From: Promethearchaeum syntrophicum
GTDB lineage: Archaea > Asgardarchaeota > Lokiarchaeia > Sigyniarchaeales > Promethearchaeaceae
Direction of reading: 5' to 3'
Length of the DNA stretch: 32,000 bases
Assembly (NCBI RefSeq): GCF_008000775.2
Contig: NZ_CP042905.2
Span: 1,050,001-1,082,000 of the forward strand
Part shown: positions 14,903-23,963 of the stretch, one piece after another
How the letters are laid out: each line of letters begins with the position of its first letter
Numbering within the stretch: the stretch's first letter is position 1
Translations under genes and position numbers: made by a program
Notes under the pieces: model-generated
Databases searched by the model: none
The model's input: only the letters and a program-made list of their open reading frames with translations
Told to the model about the DNA's origin: nothing

Positions 14903-15883
14903 ATGAGAAAATTAAGCGTGAAAGGTTTAAATATTGAAGAAATCCTTCCGGAGATATTTTTTATACATCAAATTCATGCATCGGCATATTTTACGCGTTG
15001 TGATGGATTACTTATTATGCCTCAAGATAAGAGGAATTTATGTCCAATCATTATTGATTTAAACATCGAGCCTGAATATATTCAAAAATTACATTATGTT
15101 TTCAAATTAAACCAATATTCAAGAATTGATTATATATGTTCCCATGGACATATGGATCATATTGCCCATGTATATAAATGGGAAGAATTAGGTGCATTTA
15201 TACATTGTCCGTCTCCGCATCAGAATAATTTAGTAAGTCTGGATGCTTTTATAGGTGATTTCGGATTTTTGAAGGAATTAGATATAGATATTGTCAAACA
15301 TTTAGGAAAATTAAATCATTATAAACCTTGTAAAAAAAAACCTAATGTATTTCAGCCTGGTGATATTCTATTCTTTGATAACCTTAAAATTCAAACGATT
15401 CCGTTTGAAGGACATTCACTAGGGCATATTGGCTTCTTATTTTCTAAAGAGAGACTATTCCATATCAGCTGTCTCGGATTTGATCTACAAAAACCTGGCG
15501 AGGATCATTTCGGTCCTTGGTATGGATTTGAAGAATGTTCAATTGAATTGTATAAAGAGTATATAGATAATGCGGAGAAAATCTTTTTCAATTCTTCTGA
15601 TATTTTAACCTCAAGTCATTCTTATGTTGTTAGAAAAAAAAATCGTCAGCCTTTTGATTATATACGTAGGAAAATAACGCAAAATCAAATAAAAATCAAG
15701 AATGCAGTTCAAAAGTATAATGAAAAGCAAAATAAAGGCGTTCTAATAGAATATTTACTATCTTTAGATTTAATATATCCTAAGTCCAAAATGGAAGATC
15801 CTTTACGTTCTATTTTTAGGTTTTGGGAATCTTGGATGATTAAAAATCACTTAAATTCCATAACTAATTTAATAGAAGAGTAA
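14903..15883 (+). CDS. MBL-fold metallo-hydrolase
   Basis: HxHxDH zinc motif in CSHGHMDHIAH; further His residues (FEGHSLGH). The ORF track starts at TTG 14894. ATG 14903 sits about 26 nt after a TATA-like CTATAAAA (14874-14881), consistent with a leaderless start. Confidence 0.8.
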   Translation: MRKLSVKGLNIEEILPEIFFIHQIHASAYFTRCDGLLIMPQDKRNLCPIIIDLNIEPEYIQKLHYVFKLNQYSRIDYICSHGHMDHIAHVYKWEELGAFIHCPSPHQNNLVSLDAFIGDFGFLKELDIDIVKHLGKLNHYKPCKKKPNVFQPGDILFFDNLKIQTIPFEGHSLGHIGFLFSKERLFHISCLGFDLQKPGEDHFGPWYGFEECSIELYKEYIDNAEKIFFNSSDILTSSHSYVVRKKNRQPFDYIRRKITQNQIKIKNAVQKYNEKQNKGVLIEYLLSLDLIYPKSKMEDPLRSIFRFWESWMIKNHLNSITNLIEE

Positions 15884-15911
15884 TTTTATCATAAAAATCG
15901 AAAAAGAAAAT

Positions 15912-15961
15912 CGAGGAGGAAGTATTTATCAGCAGGCCCCACTGCATGAATTTCCTCCTCG
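15912..15961. other. GC-rich hairpin: perfect 10-bp stem CGAGGAGGAA / TTCCTCCTCG, with an inner GCAG/CTGC stem, 29 nt after the MBL stop
   Basis: Complementarity checked base by base. It stands out against an AT-rich intergenic background. Strand of action unknown. Confidence 0.5.
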
Positions 15962-16142
15962 CGGATCAGTCCACCTTCTCCGAATATATATAGATAATTT
16001 CCTCCTTATAAACTTAACGCGATTTAATTCGACAAAATGTCAATCAATACATAAATTTTCTACACTTCGATTAGAAAGCTTTTTTTTATCAATTGAGTAT
16101 ATTAGTTAATTGGAGAAAAACAAACAATTAAAGTGAATTTTA

Positions 16143-16685
16143 TTGTCATCAGACCTAGAAAAGAATCAGATTATGAAGAATTTCAATTATACAAGGAAAT
16201 ATTTTAAAGATATTCATGCATTTTTTTGGTGTGAGATATGCCAGGAAATCTTATCTGTTCCCATTGATAGAAATATTATTGCAGAAAAATTAGATACAGG
16301 ACTCTACGTACACTTGTATTATCACACCAATCCTTTATATGATCCTGAAGATCCGGAAGATAAAAGTAATATTCCCCACACAAGTTTAATATATATTGAT
16401 AATAATCATGATGTTCGGGGTGTTCGGTCATTTTTCGGAACGGAAATGTCTTCTGATGAAATTAAGAAAGGCTCGAGAATTCCGATAGTAATAAAAGAGA
16501 TTCCTAAGATGGTTCTTCAACTAGGGATGTTAACTCAAGATGAATTTAATATCCTTAAATTGTGTGATGGGAATAATTCTGTTGAAAATGTTGCAGAAAT
16601 TGAAAAAAAAACCCTTAAATCAATTGAGAAATTAATTTTTAAGCTAAAAAAAAAACGGCTGATTAATATAATTACAAGAGCTTAG
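16143..16685 (+). CDS. Hypothetical 180-aa protein: N-terminal CxxC plus His-rich beta-like region, C-terminal winged-helix-like region
   Basis: FWCEICQE, YVHLYYHTNP, HTSLIYIDNNHDVRGVRSF, then LTQDEFNILKLCDGNNSVENVAEIEKKTLKSIEKLIFKLKKKRLI. TTG start in the track; alternative ATG at 16173. No family recognised. Confidence 0.6.
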   Translation: MSSDLEKNQIMKNFNYTRKYFKDIHAFFWCEICQEILSVPIDRNIIAEKLDTGLYVHLYYHTNPLYDPEDPEDKSNIPHTSLIYIDNNHDVRGVRSFFGTEMSSDEIKKGSRIPIVIKEIPKMVLQLGMLTQDEFNILKLCDGNNSVENVAEIEKKTLKSIEKLIFKLKKKRLINIITRA

Positions 16686-16719
16686 GTTAGATAATCAAAA
16701 AAAAGGTTAGTAAAGTAAT

Positions 16720-17643
16720 ATGAATTCTGAAGAAAAAAATATTGGAGATCCAATGGTATTTGATAATTCAGAAGATGATCTTGATTATAATATAGAAGAA
16801 ATTTACAAAAAGTTACAAAATATTGGCTCTTTTACAATAAATGATTCAAAAATTTATGTTACACTTTTAAAAATTGGATTGTCTAACCCTGCTGTTATTT
16901 CAGAGAAAAGTAAAGTTGATAGAGCTAGGGTTTATGATTCACTAAAAAGATTAGTAAAAAGAGGAATTGTTGAAGAAGAACCTGTGAAAAGAGCACCTCG
17001 TTACCGAGCTTTTCCTCCAGATGTAGTTTTTGGCACAATAAGAAAAAAATTGAATAACCAAATTAACCTGGCAACTTCTTTAGAAAAACAGCTAGCTCAA
17101 ATAAAAACAGAATCAACTGAAAAAAATTCCGTTTGGTCTATTCAAGGGAAGCATAAGATCAATAAGAAATTTTACGAAATTATCCAAAATGCTGAAGAAT
17201 TTTGCTTTATCTTCCTAACTTTAGACTATTCTATAAGTTCAATTAATGAATTAGAATTATTAGAAGGTGTAATAATGGAAAAACTTCGATCTAATCCTTC
17301 ACTAACCATTAAAATTGCATTAAAAATATTCCCGGAAAAAGATGATCAGAAATCAATTTTAAATAGATTATTCCATGCAAATATTGAAATTTTTCGCTGG
17401 AAACCAAAAAGTGTGCTTCCTTTTGGCTTAATTCTTACAGATTCTGAATTTATGCAAACATTCTTGAGTGGAACAGTACCAAAGCCTATGTATGAATTTG
17501 GAATTCTAATGGAAAAAGCTGGACAGGATCAGTTAATGGGATTTAAACATCTCTGCATCTGGGTTTTTTATCAATTGTGTAAAAAGTTGGTTTTTACGAA
17601 GACCCAAAGAAATATTCAAATTGAGGGCGATGATGATGAATAG
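16720..17643 (+). CDS. TrmB-family transcriptional regulator-like protein
   Basis: 307 aa. After an acidic N-terminal extension, YVTLLKIGLSNPAVISEKSKVDRARVYDSLKRLVKRGIVEE matches the TrmB wHTH pattern. The C-terminal domain is of TrmB-like length. Confidence 0.75.
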   Translation: MNSEEKNIGDPMVFDNSEDDLDYNIEEIYKKLQNIGSFTINDSKIYVTLLKIGLSNPAVISEKSKVDRARVYDSLKRLVKRGIVEEEPVKRAPRYRAFPPDVVFGTIRKKLNNQINLATSLEKQLAQIKTESTEKNSVWSIQGKHKINKKFYEIIQNAEEFCFIFLTLDYSISSINELELLEGVIMEKLRSNPSLTIKIALKIFPEKDDQKSILNRLFHANIEIFRWKPKSVLPFGLILTDSEFMQTFLSGTVPKPMYEFGILMEKAGQDQLMGFKHLCIWVFYQLCKKLVFTKTQRNIQIEGDDDE

Positions 17644-17745
17644 AAAAATAAATCTTAAATTGGATAACTCAGAAATAGGTATAAACTACCCAAAAACTTT
17701 TATATTTTTTAAAATTTAATTCAAATGGCTTAAGAGGTAAAATTA

Positions 17746-18285
17746 ATGGATTACAAATGTAAAATGAGCATTATAGGTGATGAGAACGTTGGAAAAACCT
17801 CCATAATTCTAAGATATTTAAACAACACATTTACAAATCAATATATAACCACTCTAGGGGCTGATTTCGTTGATAAAGTATATTTTAAATCTGATCTTCC
17901 TTCTCTTAACCCAGAAGATAGTTTAACAGTAACAATTTGGGATTTAGGAGGACAAAAATCCTTTCAAGAAATATCTACACTATATTGCGAAGGATCTGCA
18001 GGCATTATGATTGTTTTTGATGTGTCTAATGTAGAAACTTTTAATTCGGTTCCAAATTGGATCGATTTCGCTAAAAATTGCTGTCCCAAGGCTCAATTAG
18101 TATTAATCGGAAATAAAAGCGATTTAGAATCGACTATAGATGCCGATAAGATTCGAAATTTAGAAAAGGAAATTGGGAGTAAAGTATATTTTAGTTCAGC
18201 CAAAGTGAGTTTAACAAACAAACTCTCAAATATCAACAATATATTTGAAAATATGGCCGAAAACTTATTGAAAATTTCGCGATAA
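17746..18285 (+). CDS. Small GTPase of the Ras superfamily, Rab-like
   Basis: G1 GDENVGKTS, switch I YITTLGADF (Rab-like IGxDF), G3 WDLGGQ, G4 GNKSD, G5 SSAK. 179 aa. No C-terminal Cys prenylation motif (ends LLKISR). GAGGT lies 9 nt upstream of the ATG. Confidence 0.9.
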   Translation: MDYKCKMSIIGDENVGKTSIILRYLNNTFTNQYITTLGADFVDKVYFKSDLPSLNPEDSLTVTIWDLGGQKSFQEISTLYCEGSAGIMIVFDVSNVETFNSVPNWIDFAKNCCPKAQLVLIGNKSDLESTIDADKIRNLEKEIGSKVYFSSAKVSLTNKLSNINNIFENMAENLLKISR

Positions 18286-18630
18286 TTTTTTTTCTTCTAA
18301 TTTAAGGGAACAAGAAGCTTTCTATCATCTATAATATGATCATTTACTACTGTAAGTTAATTTAATACAAAAAAAAAATTCGTGGTTAAAATCGTTTGAT
18401 GGAAAAAAAACTTATAAGTAGATATACAATATGAATGGTCCCTATGAGAAATTTTATCCGAAATAAGGAATATTAAATATTTCAACACGCCTCGATCATT
18501 TTCTATTACTCGAGTCATTTTATTTTTTGAATTAGAAAGACCAAATTAGAACTAAAATTTTCTTTCTCATTTTTCATTTTATTGAATAAATAACCTCGAA
18601 TTCAATTAATAATTTTTATCTGTAGTAAAA

Positions 18631-19041
18631 TTATAGAGTTAAGAGATCTTTTAGAACCGGTTGGGCATTTTCTATTGCCCAATCAAGTAATTTTGCTTGA
18701 TATTGCAAAGTTTCTATATCTTCTTCAGGTGGGGCGACTGTAGCTATTAAAAAGCTTGTACTCTCTAATTTTGAATTTATAACTACAACATTCCTGCATA
18801 TAATCGTTGCATCTGCATATTTTATCTTAATTTCGCGCATTTCTGAAGTTAAAGATAACTGTACCTTAGCTTCTGAGCACGTTTCAGAAAATAGTGCCAC
18901 TATTGGAGCGAGTGTTTTTTCATTTATCGCAGGTGTGGAAACCCCTGCCAGAGGAAGCCCATCGCTTTTTGCGAAAACGGCGGCTTTAAATCCATTTTCT
19001 GTTAATCCTTTCAATATCTCTTTTAAAATGTGAATACTCAT
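18631..19041 (-). CDS. Roadblock/LC7 (MglB-like) domain protein
   Basis: ILKGLTENGFKAAVFAKSDGLPLAG... matches the Roadblock/LC7 pattern and size. The ORF track starts at TTG 19056; ATG at 19041 (MSIHIL...) is preferred. Confidence 0.8.
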   Translation of the reverse strand: MSIHILKEILKGLTENGFKAAVFAKSDGLPLAGVSTPAINEKTLAPIVALFSETCSEAKVQLSLTSEMREIKIKYADATIICRNVVVINSKLESTSFLIATVAPPEEDIETLQYQAKLLDWAIENAQPVLKDLLTL

Positions 19042-19091
19042 AATTAAAAATCCCAATATTTGTTCGTATAATTTTATAATTTCCTTAGAAA

Positions 19092-19607
19092 TTAAAGTTT
19101 TTTTATGAAAGCGCTCACAAGCCCATTTTCTAAATTTAGAAAAGCTACCGAGGGTCGTGCTTCAGTTTCTCCAGTAAAACCTCTTAAATTTTTTTGAAAT
19201 CGAGGTTTTAATAAAGATCCCGGGTTTATCATCAATACTCCTTGAGGACTATCTTTAATTGAAGGTAAATGAGAGTGTCCATATATAAAAACTCTGATAG
19301 ATTTTTCAGGAAAAGATGCAAAATCATTAAGATCGTGTGTAATCCCGATTTTTATTCCTTCAAATTCCAGTGTTAATTTTTTAGGCCATTTAGAATTAAA
19401 ATCTACATTTCCAGAAACTGCATTAACTGGTTTTCCCGTTTCAGTTGATAGGTCATCAATAAATTGATCAACGCTGATATCACCTGCATGGATTATAGAA
19501 TCTACATCTTTGAAAATGGTTTTTAAAGTTTTAAGCAATTTCGGATATCCTACTGATTTCAATTGAGTTGCAGTAATATGCGAATCAGATAGAATACCGA
19601 TAATCAT
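19092..19607 (-). CDS. YfcE/MJ0936-family metallophosphoesterase
   Basis: 171 aa. Motifs GILSDSH (DxH), HAGD (GD), GHSH (GHxH). Confidence 0.85.
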   Translation of the reverse strand: MIIGILSDSHITATQLKSVGYPKLLKTLKTIFKDVDSIIHAGDISVDQFIDDLSTETGKPVNAVSGNVDFNSKWPKKLTLEFEGIKIGITHDLNDFASFPEKSIRVFIYGHSHLPSIKDSPQGVLMINPGSLLKPRFQKNLRGFTGETEARPSVAFLNLENGLVSAFIKKL

Positions 19608-19651
19608 AATTTTAACCTAAATCAATTTTTATAATCTAAATTCATTTAAAC

Positions 19652-20701
19652 TTAGAATAGACTCATTAACCATAATATAATTATCAAGGCAAAATCTAAT
19701 GCGAAAAATGCCTTATTTGGTATTTCAATAATATAGTCTTTAAAGAAATTAAATATCCCCTTAATATGTATAATCAAAGATTTCCTATATTTTACCAAGA
19801 AAACAATACTAAAAACAAAGATAGGCAAGTATATTATTAAAAAAGTTTCTTGCCAAAATGGAACTCCATCCATATTCCTTCTGAGAATAATCGCGGAAAT
19901 GACATTATTTGTCCAATGTGCAAAAATCAACGGCCATAATTGCTTTTTTGAGATATAGAAATATGCAGATGTAATTCCAATAACGGTTCCATTGAATCCC
20001 CACCAAAATGGATAGAAAATCGGACTTGCGCCTTCATATGGTAAAAAAATATAAGAAAAATGAGCCATACCGAATAAAAACGCACTAAAGATAAAAGCAG
20101 TGCTCTTATTTACCGTTTTTTCTCCCATATATATGTAAAATCCTCTAAAAACAAATTCTTCCCTTAAAGCAATAAAAAAATGAATAATAAATGTCATTAT
20201 TATCATCAGACCGATATCATACAGCAAATAATTTCCTAAAATAGATTCTGGTGATATAAGTGCATCTGCTTGATATTCCAATACATCCAATTTAAATATT
20301 AAAGGAATGACATAACTGAAGAAATCTAATGGAATATATATTACACAGATTAAAAACAAGGCAGATTTTAACTGAGAACGAAAATTTTTAAATGTAAATC
20401 CTTGAAATAATAATTTTAAGCTGGGATCTGCCTTTTCTTTAATACTAAGTGATTCTTTTTCAGATGCAGAATCGTCTTCGTCCAATCTTAAAAATGATTT
20501 ATTCATAAAATAAAATACAATCATGGCTGCAGATATATTCATTAAAGCATGACCTAAATAGGTCAAAATAATTCTCACGGGTTCATTTAATGGAATAAAA
20601 TCGAGAATTACATCAAAAATCATACGAAAAATAAAATAAAATACTGCTAGAAATATTATAGATAGAGCAAAATACATTCGTTTTTCAATATTTTTATCCA
20701 T
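19652..20701 (-). CDS. CPBP-family (CAAX/Abi) intramembrane glutamic endopeptidase
   Basis: Polytopic membrane protein with REEFVFRGF (EExxxR), FGMAHF (FxxxH) and HWTNN motifs. Confidence 0.8.
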   Translation of the reverse strand: MDKNIEKRMYFALSIIFLAVFYFIFRMIFDVILDFIPLNEPVRIILTYLGHALMNISAAMIVFYFMNKSFLRLDEDDSASEKESLSIKEKADPSLKLLFQGFTFKNFRSQLKSALFLICVIYIPLDFFSYVIPLIFKLDVLEYQADALISPESILGNYLLYDIGLMIIMTFIIHFFIALREEFVFRGFYIYMGEKTVNKSTAFIFSAFLFGMAHFSYIFLPYEGASPIFYPFWWGFNGTVIGITSAYFYISKKQLWPLIFAHWTNNVISAIILRRNMDGVPFWQETFLIIYLPIFVFSIVFLVKYRKSLIIHIKGIFNFFKDYIIEIPNKAFFALDFALIIILWLMSLF

Positions 20702-20731
20702 GATTATAATCCCTTTACTTAATTAAATCGG

Positions 20732-21919
20732 TTAATATTTAAATTTGCCCACAGTTGATGTAATTGTCAGTTGATTTTCATTTTGTACATTAGATTTTTC
20801 AAGTCGTCCAATTATTCTGGCATCGACTGAAAATTTCCTTGCCATGGGGATAATTATATTTTTAGCATATTCTTTGGTGCAAATAATTTCTAATAAATTA
20901 CCCATATTAAATACTCGATACATTTCGTCCCAAGGTGTTTTTGATGATTCCTGAATCATAGAAAATAATGGAGGTATTGGAAATAAATTATCTTTAATAT
21001 AGTGGATTTCATGTCCAAATTTCAAACATTTTGTCTGCCCGCCGCCCGTATTATGAAAAATTGCATGAATTTTTCTATAATCTTCCTTGAAAATCTCCAT
21101 TAGAATCGGTGCAAAAGTTCTTGTAGGAGATAATAATGCTTCACCTACAGATAGTGGTGTGTCAGGAACTTTATCGTTTAAATCATGTTTTCCGAAGAAA
21201 ACAAATTCTTTATCAATTTCAGGAGCGAAACATTCTGGGTATTTTTCATAATATTTATGATTTAATAAACCATGGCGAGCTAAAGTTAATCCGTTGCTAC
21301 CGATTCCAGAGTTATATTCTATATTTTCATAACTTGTTTTTCCAAAGCTGCTCAAACCAACTATAACATCACCTTCACGAATTGTTTTTGGATTAATAAC
21401 ATCCTTTCTCTTCATTCGTGTAATTAAAGTGCTGTCTACAATCAAAGTTCGAACAAGATCTCCAACATCGGCAGTTTCTCCCCCTCCAGTGTAAATGGGG
21501 ATACCATGATCTCTTAATTTTTTAACATATTCTTCATAAGATTGAATTATTTTTGCAATAATTTCTCCCGAAATTATTTTTTTATTGCGTCCAATCGTGT
21601 TTGATAACAGAATCGAAGTAGGTTTTCCTACGCAAATAATATCATCGAGATTCATTATTACACTATCTTGAACTATACCTTTGAAATATGATAGATCTTT
21701 TGTTTCTTGATACATCATATATGCTAAAGTGGATTTTGTTCCTGCCCCATCTGCATGAAGTATCGAACAAAATTCATTATCCAGAGCAATATCTTCAATA
21801 ATTTTACAAAAAGCTGAAGGAAATAATCCTTTGTCAATATTTTTTAAAGCCGAATGTACATCTTCTTTTTGCGAAGATACACCTAGATTTTCATATGAAG
21901 GTATTTTTTTTTGGGACAT
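20732..21919 (-). CDS. purM: AIR synthase (phosphoribosylformylglycinamidine cyclo-ligase, PurM)-family protein, long form
   Basis: 395 aa. HADGAGTKS (compare the PurM DGVGTK motif). The N-terminus ...GVSSQKEDVHSALKNIDKGLFPSAFCKI resembles the long-form PurM I recall from Bacteroidetes-type enzymes (memory only). It is 16 nt downstream of purB. Confidence 0.7.
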   Translation of the reverse strand: MSQKKIPSYENLGVSSQKEDVHSALKNIDKGLFPSAFCKIIEDIALDNEFCSILHADGAGTKSTLAYMMYQETKDLSYFKGIVQDSVIMNLDDIICVGKPTSILLSNTIGRNKKIISGEIIAKIIQSYEEYVKKLRDHGIPIYTGGGETADVGDLVRTLIVDSTLITRMKRKDVINPKTIREGDVIVGLSSFGKTSYENIEYNSGIGSNGLTLARHGLLNHKYYEKYPECFAPEIDKEFVFFGKHDLNDKVPDTPLSVGEALLSPTRTFAPILMEIFKEDYRKIHAIFHNTGGGQTKCLKFGHEIHYIKDNLFPIPPLFSMIQESSKTPWDEMYRVFNMGNLLEIICTKEYAKNIIIPMARKFSVDARIIGRLEKSNVQNENQLTITSTVGKFKY

Positions 21920-21935
21920 TTTAATCAGATAGTTC

Positions 21936-23321
21936 TCAAAGCTCTATTTGGTATTTCTTTTTTAAAATTTCAATTAAATTCTCAACTTGACTAACCGCAC
22001 TTCCTAAATAATTCTCGGGCTTAAGTAATTCATCTAATTCGTTTTCTGTAAATTTGTCTTTGATAGAAATATCCTTTATTAATATCTCTTTCATTGGTAA
22101 ATTTAATTCACGAGCTTTGATCGCTGCTAATCTAAGGATTTCATGGCCTTCTTGTCTTCCTATTCCCTTATTTACCATATCTACCATAATTTTTTCAGCT
22201 AAAAATGCCCCATGAGTAAAATTTAAATTACGTTGAATTGCTTGAAGATTAAATTCCTCCCATTCTAAAATTTGGGCTAATTGATGAAGCATATAATCCA
22301 AAAGTATGAAATTTTCAGCAAAGATGATTCTTTCATTAGCCGAATTTGTTAAATCTCTTTCATCTTCAAGACCAATATTATCTATTCCGATGATAATATT
22401 CGATTTTAGCACTCTAGCAATGGAACAGAGGCGTTCAGCTTTGTGGGGATTTCGCTTATGAGGCATAGTTGAGCTACCTACTTGTTTTTTTCCAAATGCT
22501 TCGAACATCTCTCCAATTTCTGTTCTTTGTAGAATTCTCATTTCCCGTGCGATTTTATCTATAGTTCCCCCAATTAATGCCGTTAAATTTAAAACTTCTG
22601 CATGTCTATCACGTTGAATAACTTGATTTTCGATTGTGGCTGGTGTTAAAGGAATGTTAAATTCGTGTGCCAATATTTCCATAACTTTCTTTTGAATTTT
22701 AACACCGTCTTCTCCGAAAGATGCCATGGTTCCTACTGCACCGGACATTTTACCAACTGCAATTCTTGGGCGAATTTGATCTATTCTCTCAAGATGACGC
22801 GCAATTTCAGATGCCCATACACCAAATCTCATTCCATAGGTAGTAGGTAATGCTTGTTGTCCGTGAGTTCTTCCAACACAAATTAGTTTTTTATTTTTAT
22901 CCGCTTGTTTTATTAAAATTTTTAATACTCGGTGAATGGTTTTGGTTAATACATCTAATGAATTAACCATTTGGATCGCAGTGGCTGTATCCTCAATATC
23001 ATAAGACGTTGCTCCAAGATGAATGTATTTTCCTGCATTTCCTTCACATTTTTCACTAAGGGCTCTAACCATTGCCATTAAATCATGATGAATTTCATCT
23101 TCAATTTCTTTTACCCGTTCTAATTTAACAAATTCAAGATTTGCTTTACGATCTATTTCTTCTGCTTCATTTTTTGGTATTCTCTCTAAAGAAGCATGAG
23201 CATGCGCCAAAGCTGCTTCAACACGGAGCCATCTATAAAGTTTAGCACTTTGTGTAAAAATTTTAGCCATTTCCTTTGTTTTATATCGATTTTCAATCGG
23301 ATGTATCGTGTCATTCATCAT
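21936..23321 (-). CDS. purB: Adenylosuccinate lyase
   Basis: 461 aa. Fumarate-lyase signature GSSTMPHKRNP. N-terminal IENRYKTKEM typical of PurB. Adjacent to purM. Confidence 0.9.
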   Translation of the reverse strand: MMNDTIHPIENRYKTKEMAKIFTQSAKLYRWLRVEAALAHAHASLERIPKNEAEEIDRKANLEFVKLERVKEIEDEIHHDLMAMVRALSEKCEGNAGKYIHLGATSYDIEDTATAIQMVNSLDVLTKTIHRVLKILIKQADKNKKLICVGRTHGQQALPTTYGMRFGVWASEIARHLERIDQIRPRIAVGKMSGAVGTMASFGEDGVKIQKKVMEILAHEFNIPLTPATIENQVIQRDRHAEVLNLTALIGGTIDKIAREMRILQRTEIGEMFEAFGKKQVGSSTMPHKRNPHKAERLCSIARVLKSNIIIGIDNIGLEDERDLTNSANERIIFAENFILLDYMLHQLAQILEWEEFNLQAIQRNLNFTHGAFLAEKIMVDMVNKGIGRQEGHEILRLAAIKARELNLPMKEILIKDISIKDKFTENELDELLKPENYLGSAVSQVENLIEILKKKYQIEL

Positions 23322-23340
23322 TTTTCCACTCTCATATATT

Positions 23341-23775
23341 TTAAATTAATAATAAATTAAAAGTGCCAGTATAGTTTTCATTAGCTGATTTATAAAACCT
23401 CACATCTCCAGTTAATATAGTATCATCTGTGTGTAAAGTTCCCATAAACGCAAAAAAATAACCAATTTCTTCAGCCATAAAAGAAAATTGGACATCTTCC
23501 CTTCTACAAATATAATCTCCTTCATAAGTAAGAGTATCGTTTGAAAAATTCATTGTTCCATTGATTAATCCAAATCCATCAAAATAGATTTCCATTGAAA
23601 TTACAGGTTGATTTTCTATTGTTAACGACCCCGAAAATCTTCTTGAAGTTAATCGTTCATTATCAAAATTATTATTTGCGATGAGAAAATTAATAAAAAC
23701 TATGGAAGTGATTATAACCAAGATTAAAAGTATTAGAGTTATTCCTCGATTAGTCGTAATTTTCTTACTATCCAT
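23341..23775 (-). CDS. Hypothetical single-pass membrane-anchored protein with a beta-rich ectodomain
   Basis: 144 aa. TM segment GITLILLILVIITSIVFINFLI. It lies 19 nt upstream of purB on the same strand. No family recognised. Confidence 0.55.
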   Translation of the reverse strand: MDSKKITTNRGITLILLILVIITSIVFINFLIANNNFDNERLTSRRFSGSLTIENQPVISMEIYFDGFGLINGTMNFSNDTLTYEGDYICRREDVQFSFMAEEIGYFFAFMGTLHTDDTILTGDVRFYKSANENYTGTFNLLLI

Positions 23776-23963
23776 CTACAATGCGTACAATGTTTGGTTT
23801 TTCATAAATTTTTTTTATTTTTAAAACCTTTTCTACATGGAAGTGAGACCTAACAATTTATAAAATAATTAAATGCTCTAAATGTGGTTGTCCTCAATAT
23901 ATTTCAAGTTCGCAGAGATCTCGCCGATGTCCAAAATGTAGAACAGTCTTAAATTGCTCAAGA

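Noticed and set aside
15912-15985. Hairpin region as a fluoride (crcB) or other known riboswitch, or as a tRNA or 16S fragment
   Set aside because: UUCCUCC superficially recalls the crcB motif, but the flanking conserved GAUGG and GCUGAUGA elements are absent. No acceptor/D/T-arm geometry is present. GGATCAGTCCACCTTCTCC only loosely resembles the 16S 3' end GGAUCACCUCCU.
21136-22850. ORFs 21136-21366 (+) and 22665-22850 (+) within purM/purB
   Set aside because: They are antisense to confidently assigned enzymes.
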